Source of the DNA: an uncultured Chloroflexia bacterium
GTDB taxonomy: Bacteria; Chloroflexota; Limnocylindria; Limnocylindrales; CSP1-4
Assembly: GCA_963704145.1 (NCBI GenBank)
Contig: CAVPHB010000001.1
Location: 91,212 to 155,211 of the forward strand
DNA length: 64,000 bases
Direction of reading: 5' to 3'
Shown here: piece after piece, positions 43,044 through 51,329 of the stretch
Layout: the number at the start of each line of letters is the position of its first letter
Numbering within the stretch: position 1 is the first letter of the stretch
Notes under the pieces: generated by a model
Databases searched by the model: none
Seen by the model: the letters and a program-made list of their open reading frames with translations, nothing else
Told to the model about the DNA's origin: nothing
Made by a program: the position numbers and the translations under genes

Positions 43044-44798
43044 GTGGACACGGATCCCACTTCTCTTCACAACCGCTCGCCCGCTGCTCGCGTTGCCGAC
43101 CCGTTCGGCCGGCACATCAGGGCCAGGCATAGGGTGCCGGGTGTGGCCGTCGATGTCGAGGTGGAAGTGAGCCAGGAAGCTATCGTCCGACACTACCGGG
43201 CCGCGACACGCGAGGAGGTTGAGCAGGCCTTCCGAACCGAGGCCGCCCAGGCGGCGACTGCAGGCTATGTGCCGGCCGGCCACCGCTGGAGCCAAGACGC
43301 GCAGGGTTTGCTTTTGGCCGTCACCTACCAGCTGCCGGCGGCGGCACCCACCCCCACCCCTGCCGGCGCAGCCGACCAGTTCGCACCCTCCCAGCTGACC
43401 GCTCGGCAGGGTCAATTCGCGCCGGCCGAGGCGCACCTTGCCCCGGTTGCGGCCCAGAGCGCACGGTCGGCCCTCGTGGCACGTCCCGAACCAGTCGCGG
43501 CGACTGAGAGATACGCACCGCCGGTCGAGGCGCAACCTGCGCCCGCCCCTGAGCAGCCGCCGTTCGCCGCCCCTCCCGTCGCGCCTCCCGCCGCTCCTGA
43601 GCAGCCGCAGTTCGCCGTCGCGCCGGCACCCGAGCCGGAGCCCACGCCGGCAGTCGAGCCGGAGCCGGAGCCCGCGCCGGCGCCTGAGCCGGAGCCCGCA
43701 CCGGAGTCGGTGGCCGAACAAATCGGGCGCCAGGTTCGGCTGACCATCCAGACGATGGATCTGCATTGTGCCGGTGAGCCGCTGCGCATGATCAGGAGTG
43801 GCTTCCCGGACGTGCCCAGCCTGCCCGTGCTCGAGCGCCGGAGGTGGGTGATGGAGCACGCCGACCACGTCCGGCGCGCGATCATCCACGAGCCGCGCGG
43901 CCATCGCGACATGTATGGCGCGATCCTGCTGCCGCCCCACGCCGCCGACACCGACATGTGCCTGCTGTTCATGCACAACGAGGGCTACAGCACGATGTGC
44001 GGCCACGGAATCATCGCTATCACCACCGGAGTGATCGAGGAGGGGCTGTTCCCGGCGACCGGGCCAGTGACCACCATCCGCTACGAGGTGCCGGCCGGCA
44101 TTGTCGTGGCCGACGCGGCCACGGTGCAGCTCGAGGACGGCAGCTGGGCCGTCCAGGGCGTGCGCTTCACCAACGTTCCCGCCTACCTCGCCGCCCCATC
44201 GCTCTCGGTCCACGCCGACGGCCTCGATCTCTACGGGTCGGCAGCACAGCACGGCGCTCTGGCCATCGATATCGCATTCGGCGGCGCCTACTACGGCATC
44301 GTCAACGCGGCTGATCTGGGCCTGCGTGTCGTGCCCGAGCAGGCAGCTGCCCTGCGCCGCGTCGGAGCGTTGATCACCGACGTGCTGCGCCGTGATCACA
44401 CCCCGGCGCACCCGATCGACTCCGCGCTGGGCTTTGTCTACGGCACGATCATCGTCGACCTCGACCCGCGCTCGTCGCCCGACGGGCGCGGCCAGGGCGC
44501 CCACATCCGCAGCGCGACGGTCTTCGCCGACGCCGAGCTCGATCGCTCGCCGTGTGGTTCGGGCACCAGCGCGATCCTCGCCCAGCTCCACGCCCGGGGT
44601 CGGATGAGGGTCGGCCAGGAGATCGTCAATGCCGGGATCACGGGCGAGCATTTCCTGGGCCGGATCGAAGGTGAGACGGCGCTCGGGCCGTATGCCGCGG
44701 TAAGCACCAGCATCGCAGGCACGGCCTACGTGACCGGCTACTCGACCTTCATCGTCGACAACCGCGATCCGCTCGGCGAGGGCTTCGTCCTGAGCTAG
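43044..44798 (+). CDS. Proline racemase / 4-hydroxyproline epimerase-family enzyme (Cys/Cys type) with a ~220-aa N-terminal extension
   Basis: Uninterrupted 584-aa ORF. The catalytic core starts near 43708 (…VRLTIQTMDLHCAGEPLRMI…HEPRGH…MCGHG…DRSPCGSGTSA…). Upstream in the same frame are a short globular-looking segment and a Pro/Ala/Glu-rich tract. Confidence 0.8.
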   Translation: MDTDPTSLHNRSPAARVADPFGRHIRARHRVPGVAVDVEVEVSQEAIVRHYRAATREEVEQAFRTEAAQAATAGYVPAGHRWSQDAQGLLLAVTYQLPAAAPTPTPAGAADQFAPSQLTARQGQFAPAEAHLAPVAAQSARSALVARPEPVAATERYAPPVEAQPAPAPEQPPFAAPPVAPPAAPEQPQFAVAPAPEPEPTPAVEPEPEPAPAPEPEPAPESVAEQIGRQVRLTIQTMDLHCAGEPLRMIRSGFPDVPSLPVLERRRWVMEHADHVRRAIIHEPRGHRDMYGAILLPPHAADTDMCLLFMHNEGYSTMCGHGIIAITTGVIEEGLFPATGPVTTIRYEVPAGIVVADAATVQLEDGSWAVQGVRFTNVPAYLAAPSLSVHADGLDLYGSAAQHGALAIDIAFGGAYYGIVNAADLGLRVVPEQAAALRRVGALITDVLRRDHTPAHPIDSALGFVYGTIIVDLDPRSSPDGRGQGAHIRSATVFADAELDRSPCGSGTSAILAQLHARGRMRVGQEIVNAGITGEHFLGRIEGETALGPYAAVSTSIAGTAYVTGYSTFIVDNRDPLGEGFVLS

Positions 44799-44850
44799 AT
44801 CGGCTGGATCGCAACCAACTGGCTCGCGGTTGTGTTATCCCAGAGTGCAC

Positions 44851-45417
44851 ATGGAAGATCTCGCCGCGCGCCTGGCCGTCGACATCGATGACGCATTCGC
44901 TGACGTCGTGCGCAATCACCAGGACCTCGTGTTCCAAGTCGCGCTGCGCGTGGTCGGCGACAGCCCGAGTGCGGAGGACGTCGCGCAGGAGGCTTTCGTG
45001 CGCGCATATCGGGCGCTGAAGTCGTATCGGCCGGATCGAGTGCGCGAGCTGCATCTGCGGCCGTGGCTGGCCCGCATCTCGCTCAACCTCGCGCGCAACC
45101 ATGTCCGCGACCGGCGTCGGCACGATGTCCTCGACGACATGGTCCAGGCCGTGCCCGACGCGTCAGATGGACCGCTGCGCCTGGCTGAGCGACGCGACGA
45201 GCGGCGCATGTGGGCGCGGCTGCTGGCGGTGTTGCCGCCCCGCTTCCGGCTGGCCGTGGCGCTGCGCCACGTCGATGGCTTGTCGTACGAGGAGCTGGCG
45301 GAAGCGCTGCGTCGACCCATCGGCAGTGTCAAGTCGGACGTACACCGCGGCGTAGCGCTGCTGCGTGCGGCCTACGATGCAGAGCAGCGGCAGCTGGCCG
45401 CACGGGAGGCAGTCTGA
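44851..45417 (+). CDS. ECF-type sigma-70 family RNA polymerase sigma factor
   Basis: ATG 44851 (MEDLAARL…) lies inside ORF 44830..45417. Region 2 reads …DVAQEAFVRAYRAL…PWLARISLNLARNH… and region 4 reads …LRHVDGLSYEELAEALRRPIGSVKSDVHRG…. Confidence 0.85.
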   Translation: MEDLAARLAVDIDDAFADVVRNHQDLVFQVALRVVGDSPSAEDVAQEAFVRAYRALKSYRPDRVRELHLRPWLARISLNLARNHVRDRRRHDVLDDMVQAVPDASDGPLRLAERRDERRMWARLLAVLPPRFRLAVALRHVDGLSYEELAEALRRPIGSVKSDVHRGVALLRAAYDAEQRQLAAREAV

Positions 45418-46253
45418 TGAGTACCTCTTCTCGGAGGGAGCATGATCCGGGCGCCGACCGACTCATCACCGGCGGGCTGCGCAGCCTGCGCCAGGCTGCG
45501 CCAGCCGGCCTGGCCGACGCCGTCCTGGGACGGCTGGCGATCGGCGACGCGTATGTCGAGGTGGCCGGGCCGATCGGGCCGCTGTTCGTCGCCTTCGGGC
45601 GGCGCGGCATCTCGCTCGTCGAGCGAGCCTACGACGCGGGCCAGTTCGAGGAGGAATTCCGAGCCATGTTCGGCCGGCCGGTGCGCCGCGTGGAGCGGGC
45701 GCCGGAACTGATCGAGCGGGTGATCGACGTTCGCGTCTGGGGACGCAGCCCGGCCGGCCGGACAAAGGTGCCGCTCGATCTGCAGCAGCTGCCCGACTTC
45801 GAACGGCAGGTGTTGCTCAAGACGCTCGAGATCCCGCGCGGCGAGGTCCGGCCGTATGCCTGGGTGGCAGCCGAGATCGGCCGTCCACTCGCGGTGCGCG
45901 CGGTGGGCAATGCCCTGGCACGCAACCCGGTGCCCTTCGTCGTGCCCTGCCACCGCGTCGTGCGCAGCGACGGGCGGATCGGCCAATATGGCGCCGGCGG
46001 CCCGACCGCCAAGCGCGCCGTGCTCGAAGCAGAAGGGCTGGACACCGCCGAGCTGGAACGCCTGCCGGCCGCCGGCGTGCGCTTCACCGGCTCCGACACG
46101 ACCCACATCTACTGCTACCCGTCGTGCCGCAATGCGCGGCGCATCACGCCCGCCCACGTGGTGCGGCTGCGCTCGGGCGACGAGGCACGCCGAGCAGGGT
46201 TCCGGCCGTGCCGCGTGTGCCGCCCAGTCGACGCTCCCTTCCGCGCAGCGTGA
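45417..46253 (+). CDS. Methylated-DNA--protein-cysteine methyltransferase (MGMT/Ogt) domain protein with a C-terminal Ada-type Cys4 zinc domain
   Basis: The ATG at 45417 shares one nt with the sigma-factor stop (TGATG). It has the MGMT active-site context NPVPFVVPCHRVVRSDGRIGQY. The C-terminus TTHIYCYPSCRNARRITPAHVVRLRSGDEARRAGFRPCRVCRP aligns with E. coli Ada N-terminal TTGIFCRPSCRAR…AGFRPCKRCQP, with all four Cys present. Confidence 0.85.
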   Translation: MSTSSRREHDPGADRLITGGLRSLRQAAPAGLADAVLGRLAIGDAYVEVAGPIGPLFVAFGRRGISLVERAYDAGQFEEEFRAMFGRPVRRVERAPELIERVIDVRVWGRSPAGRTKVPLDLQQLPDFERQVLLKTLEIPRGEVRPYAWVAAEIGRPLAVRAVGNALARNPVPFVVPCHRVVRSDGRIGQYGAGGPTAKRAVLEAEGLDTAELERLPAAGVRFTGSDTTHIYCYPSCRNARRITPAHVVRLRSGDEARRAGFRPCRVCRPVDAPFRAA

Positions 46254-46263
46254 ACCAACGCGC

Positions 46264-47268
46264 GTGAGCCGGCCGGTCGCGACCATCGCGGGCACCGCCG
46301 TCATTTCCGTCCTAGTCCTGCTGGGCGTCCACATCCTGTTCCCGCAGCGGGCTGGCGTGGTGGCGTTCACGCAGGTGATCGAGCCGTTCATCGTGCTGAG
46401 CGCGCTGATCGTCGCGCCGCTGGCGTTGCCCGGTCGCGCGCGGTGGCGGATCGCCGTGGTGCTCGGCCTTGTGGCGCTGGCCGCCCTTCGTTACGGCCCG
46501 CTGCTCGTGTCGTTGCCGTCGTCCGCCGCGTCGGACGCAACGATGCACGTGGCAACATGGAATCTGCTCGCCGGGGGTCCGAGTGTAGAGCGCGCCGTGA
46601 CCGGGCTCGCCAACGCCGATCTTGACATCGTCGGGCTCCAGGAGCTCCAGCCCCGGGCTGCGGCTGCGCTATCGGCCGACCCGACCACGGCCGCGCGCTA
46701 CCCGTTCCGGGTACTTGCACCGGAATCCTCCGTTCTCGGTATGGGCCTGCTCAGCCGATACCCGATCGTGTCGCATGAGGAATGGTCGGACCCGCCGCTG
46801 ATCCGGGCGGTTGTCGCACCGGTCGGAGCTGAGCCGGTGACAGTGTTCGTCGCACACCCGCTCCCGGCCCGCATCGACACGCTCGTCGGCGTTCCGATGT
46901 CACTTCAGACCGCCCGTCGCGACGCGGACATCGCCTTCATTCGGTCACTGGTCGAAGCCGAGCTGGAGACGGGCCGGGCGGTGTTGGTTCTGGGCGACCT
47001 GAACGTTACCGAGCGGGAACCGGCCTACGCGACCTTTGCCCAAGGCCTCGACGACGCCCATCTCAACGCGGGCATAGGGCCAGGGCTGACCTGGCTGCCG
47101 GAGGAACTAGCCTTCCTGCCCTTCGGGCTGCTGCGCATCGACTACATCTTCACGAGCCCGGCCCTGCAAGCATCTGGGATGCACGTCGACTGTCGGGCGC
47201 GGAGCGACCACTGCCTCGTCGTAGCCGACATACGAGACACCAGGCTCGCAGGGAGGAGCCTCTTGTAA
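46264..47268 (+). CDS. Membrane-anchored endonuclease/exonuclease/phosphatase (EEP) family protein
   Basis: GTG 46264 lies inside ORF 45856..47268. It has three N-terminal TM helices, then …HVATWNLL…DIVGLQE…VLGDLN…RIDYIF…SDHCLVVADI (EEP catalytic motifs). Confidence 0.7.
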   Translation: MSRPVATIAGTAVISVLVLLGVHILFPQRAGVVAFTQVIEPFIVLSALIVAPLALPGRARWRIAVVLGLVALAALRYGPLLVSLPSSAASDATMHVATWNLLAGGPSVERAVTGLANADLDIVGLQELQPRAAAALSADPTTAARYPFRVLAPESSVLGMGLLSRYPIVSHEEWSDPPLIRAVVAPVGAEPVTVFVAHPLPARIDTLVGVPMSLQTARRDADIAFIRSLVEAELETGRAVLVLGDLNVTEREPAYATFAQGLDDAHLNAGIGPGLTWLPEELAFLPFGLLRIDYIFTSPALQASGMHVDCRARSDHCLVVADIRDTRLAGRSLL

Positions 47269-47386
47269 CCCGTCGATTGACCGAGCTGAGTCGAGGGCAT
47301 GGGCACATGGCCACTCCGCGCGTTCGCCAGGCTCGACTGAGGCGGGCCGAACGCGGTCCGGATGAGCGTATCGTTATTTCCCTCTG

Positions 47387-48073
47387 ATGAAGGAGAACAC
47401 CGAGCCGCAACGGCCCACGAGGCTCGACGAACGCGTGACGCCCGGCTGGGCAAGCCTGACCGCCAATGTGCTGCGCGGCGGCGGCATCGCCGTCGGCCTG
47501 CTGGTGCTGTGGCTGGGCGTCCTGACCGGTGGGTTCTTCCTTCTGCTCACGGCCGTGCTCGCAGCCATCGCGATCGTCGGCGGTTGGCTGCTCGGGAGCT
47601 TCGTCCTGAGTGAGAAGTGGCGCGCTCGACCCACGGCGCGCCTGCTGTCATTCGTGCTCGTCGTCGCCTTCCCCGTGCTGCTGGTCGTGATCGCCCAGGT
47701 CGCCGGCCCGCTGCTCACGCCCGCGCCACAGACCACCGCGTGCCTGACCGGGTCACTTGCACGCGGCGAACAGCGCAGTGAGCCACTGGCCGTTGATCCG
47801 CGCATCACCTCGATGCAGTTCAGGCTGCAGGTCACGTCCGTGGCCGGCGGCTCGCTGCGCTATTTCGTCGAGGACCCGTCCGGCGGATCCGCATGGAGTG
47901 GCCGGCAGGAAGTGGCCGGGCTTAACGAGAGCGCCGAGATCGCATCGATTGGTGGCCGGTGGACGATCAACATCTTCGGCGAGGCGGATCGGGCCGAGTA
48001 TCAGCTGGAGTGGATCGGGCAGGCGCCGGGCGTGGACCCGACCCCGGCGCAGTGCATTGAACCGAGGATCTAG
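47387..48073 (+). CDS. Hypothetical membrane protein (3 TM helices plus an extracytoplasmic beta-rich domain)
   Basis: Intact 228-aa ORF with GAAGGAG directly upstream. I do not recognise a family. Confidence 0.5.
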   Translation: MKENTEPQRPTRLDERVTPGWASLTANVLRGGGIAVGLLVLWLGVLTGGFFLLLTAVLAAIAIVGGWLLGSFVLSEKWRARPTARLLSFVLVVAFPVLLVVIAQVAGPLLTPAPQTTACLTGSLARGEQRSEPLAVDPRITSMQFRLQVTSVAGGSLRYFVEDPSGGSAWSGRQEVAGLNESAEIASIGGRWTINIFGEADRAEYQLEWIGQAPGVDPTPAQCIEPRI

Positions 48074-48963
48074 CTCGGTCGCTCGGCCCTGGCGAAGACT
48101 ACCGGCGCCTGCCAGCGGAGGTCCCGCGGCGACAGGCGGGCCAGGCGCGCCCGGGCGTTGCGCTCCAGCTCGGCCCGCCGGCCCTGGTCGAGCCACTTGA
48201 CCAGGGCGCGCTCGTCGTAGGCCAGCTTGTACTCGAGGTATGACTCCATCGTCCAATCGTGAACGAGCAGCTCCTCGCGGGCCGATGCGTTGACGAAGCC
48301 GGCCCGGCGCAGCTCGGCGGCCGCTGCCCGGCCGGAGCGGACGTCGCCCGCGTGCGGCTCGTGGCCTTCTTCGGGCTCCTCGATCTCGAGCTCGAAGACA
48401 GCCTCGTCGAACTCCTCGGCCGCCCGGAACGGCCCGGGAGCGTCCCGGTCGAGCCAGGTGACGTAGGCGAGCAGCCCGCCCGGGCGCAGGACGCGGCCGA
48501 TCTCGCGCAGGGCAGCCGGGCGGTCGGGCACCAGCTGCAGCACGAACGACGACATCGCCACGTCGACCGACGCATCGGGCAGTGGCAGCCCATCGGCCGG
48601 GCCAAGAGCGAACTCGATCCGCGCTGCGTCCGGCTGCGCCTTCTCCGCCAGCCGTCGGCGCGCCACATCGAGCATGCCCGCGGCGGCGTCGCTGACGACG
48701 ACGCGCGCCTCCGGCCAGCGCTGCACGGCGCTCAGCGCGAGTGTGCCGGTACCCGCGCCGACGTCGAGAATGCGCGCGCCGCCGGCGACCGAGCCGCCGC
48801 CGACCGCGCCGTCTGCCGTTCCCCGTCGCGCGCCGGCAGAAGCGACGGCCGCGTCGATCGCGTCCAGCAGCCGGCCCGACGTCTCAACCAGAACTGGTGC
48901 CCAGTAACGCTCGTAGTCGGCCGCGTCGGCGTCGTAACGCGCAACGATCGCGTTCGCGCTCAC
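48070..48963 (-). CDS. Class I SAM-dependent methyltransferase
   Basis: 297 aa from GTG 48963 (inside ORF 48070..49560), with a GTGA overlap with the MMPL stop. Motifs: RILDVGAGTGTLAL and …LRPGGLLAYVTW…. Confidence 0.8.
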   Translation of the reverse strand: MSANAIVARYDADAADYERYWAPVLVETSGRLLDAIDAAVASAGARRGTADGAVGGGSVAGGARILDVGAGTGTLALSAVQRWPEARVVVSDAAAGMLDVARRRLAEKAQPDAARIEFALGPADGLPLPDASVDVAMSSFVLQLVPDRPAALREIGRVLRPGGLLAYVTWLDRDAPGPFRAAEEFDEAVFELEIEEPEEGHEPHAGDVRSGRAAAAELRRAGFVNASAREELLVHDWTMESYLEYKLAYDERALVKWLDQGRRAELERNARARLARLSPRDLRWQAPVVFARAERPS

Positions 48964-51283
48964 CCGGCATCCGCCGCGGCGCGATCCTCGACATGGCTGA
49001 AGCCGAGCCGGTCGGCCAGCCGGCCGAGCGGGCCCGGCGCCCACCAGTTCCAGCGACCGAGCAGCCTCATCGTCGCCGGCACGAGCAGGACGCGGATGAT
49101 CGTCGCATCGACGAAGACGGCAATGGCCATGCCCACACCGAGCGACTTGATGATGATGATCTCGGCCAGGGCGAAGGCGGCGAAGACGCTGACCATGATC
49201 AGCGCCGCACCGGTGATCACTCCCGCAGTGCGGGCCAGGCCTTCGGCAACAGACGCGGCGTTGTCGCCTGTTCGCCGGTAAGCCTCCTGCACGCGCGACA
49301 GGAGCAGCACCTCGTAGTCCATCGACAGCCCGAAGATCATCGCGAACATGAGCACCGGGTTGCCGGCCACGGTGTAGCCGAGCGGCACGAAGTCGAACAC
49401 CTCGTGCAGATTGCCCTCCTGGAAGATCCAGACCAGGGCGCCGAAGCTGGCGCTGATCGAGAGCAGGGTCATGATCACCGCCTTGATCGGCAGCACGACC
49501 GAGCCGAAGAGCAGGAAGAGCACCACCGCGCTGACGAGCAGGGTCATCGCCACCGCCCACGGCGTCCGCTCGCGCATCGCGGCCAGGGTGTCGTAGTTGG
49601 CCGCGATGTAGCCGCCCACGCGGGTTGAGATGCCGTCACCCGGCTCGACCGCGCGCAGCGTGTGGGTCAGGTTGAGACCGGCCTGCGCGGACGGGTCGGC
49701 GGTGGTGTGAACGACCAGCCGCACGGTCGAACCGCTGACGTAGTGCGCCCGAAGACGGGCCAGCTGCTCGGGCAGGCCGGGCAGGTTCAGCGTGGCCGGA
49801 TCGGCAGCGAACAGTCGCGCCACCTCGGCCGCCGTCAGATCGGCACCTGTGAGCGGGTTGGGCAGCGCGAAGGGGCTCTCGATCGAGCTGACCTGGTCGA
49901 TCTGGCTCGAGCCGTTCCCCGTAGTCGAGCAACGCGCGATGTCGGCCTCGGAGTACGGATCGCCGGGCACATCGGCGAGGATCTCGAACGGCGTCGTCGC
50001 GCCGCCCGGGAACTGATCGCGCAGGGCGACGTAGGCGTCGCGGCTCTCGCGCCCCTCGGGCAGCACCGAAGCATCGGGCACGGCCTGGTTGAGGCGCAGG
50101 AAGGGCGATCCGGCCACGAGCAGCAGCAACAGCGTTGGGATCAGCACCAGCGTCGGGTGGCGCATGACCTGCAGGGCGACGCGCTCCCAGCGGCTGTCGG
50201 CGCGCGCCGCCGCGCTGCGGGCAGGCCGACGCGGCGGCGGATGACGCCCAGGCCGCCCGACAGGCTGAGCATGTTCACCCGCGGCCCGAGCATGCCCAAC
50301 AGAGCGGGCAGGAAGGTCAGGCCGTAGATGACCGAGCAGAGCACCACGAACGAGCCGGCGATGCCGATCGACGAGATCGCCGGCGAGGCGAAGAAGAGCA
50401 GTCCGAGCAGGCCGATGGCCACGGCGATGCCGGAGAAGGCGACCGCCTTGCCGGCCGTGCCCACGGCGACCTGGACGGCCTGCTCGACCTCGCTCCCGCG
50501 GCGCAGCTCCTCGCGGAACCGGCTGACCAGGAAGAGCGAGTAGTCGATCGCCAGGGCGAGGCCGAGCATCGTCGCCACGCTGGTGACGTAGATGCTCATC
50601 TCGGTCTGCTGCGCCGCAAGGAAGATCAACGCCAGGCTGCTGGGCACGGCCAGACCGGCAATGAGCATCGGCAACCCGGCCGCCAGCAGCGAGCCGAAGA
50701 CGACAACCAGGATCAGCATGGCGAGCGGCAGCGAGAGCGCCTCGGCGCGGCGCAGGTCCTCCTCCGACTGGGCGTTGGCATCGCCGGCAAGAGGTCCGTA
50801 GCCGGTCAGCTGGTACGTCAGCCCGGGCTGCGGCCTGATCTTCGCGCGCAGACCGTCGACCAGGTCGATCGAGCCCTCGTCGGTCGTGTTAAGCAACACG
50901 ATGAGGTACGTCGCCGCGCCGTCGAAGCTCAGGAAGCGCGGATCATCGCCTGCAGCGCGGAAGCCGAAGACGCCCTGCACGTTGGCATCGTCAACCAGCG
51001 CGGCGACGGTCTGGTCGACCTTGTCGAGCACCTCGGGCGTGTCGGTGCGACTGCCGTCCGTGGTACGCAGGACGACGATCAAGCTGCTCTGGCCCTGCTG
51101 AAAATCGCTCGCCAACCGCTCGGCCACGAGCGCCGACTCTGAGCCACCGACCAGCCAGCCGCCGGAGCTGAGTACGCCACCCGCCTGGCCGGCGAGAGGC
51201 AGGCTGGCCAGCGCCGCGAGCAGCGACAAGAGCACGACGAGCCGGCGGTGGCGGTAGACAAACGCGCCCCACGCAGAGAACAA
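48960..51283 (-). pseudogene. MMPL/RND-superfamily membrane transporter, one frame switch (~50190)
   Basis: The N-terminal half is in ORF 50141..51283 (…GLALAIDYSLFLVSRFREEL…). The C-terminal half is in ORF 48960..50165 (…FGLSMDYEVLLLSRVQEAY…GRWNWWAP…). Confidence 0.8.
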
Positions 51284-51329
51284 GAGGCAGCTCCTCGATC
51301 CGCACTCACCCGATCGCGCTGCTGGCTCG

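Noticed and set aside
43029-44651. 540-aa minus-strand ORF
   Set aside because: It is antisense to the proline-racemase-family gene, whose catalytic motifs are unambiguous on the plus strand.
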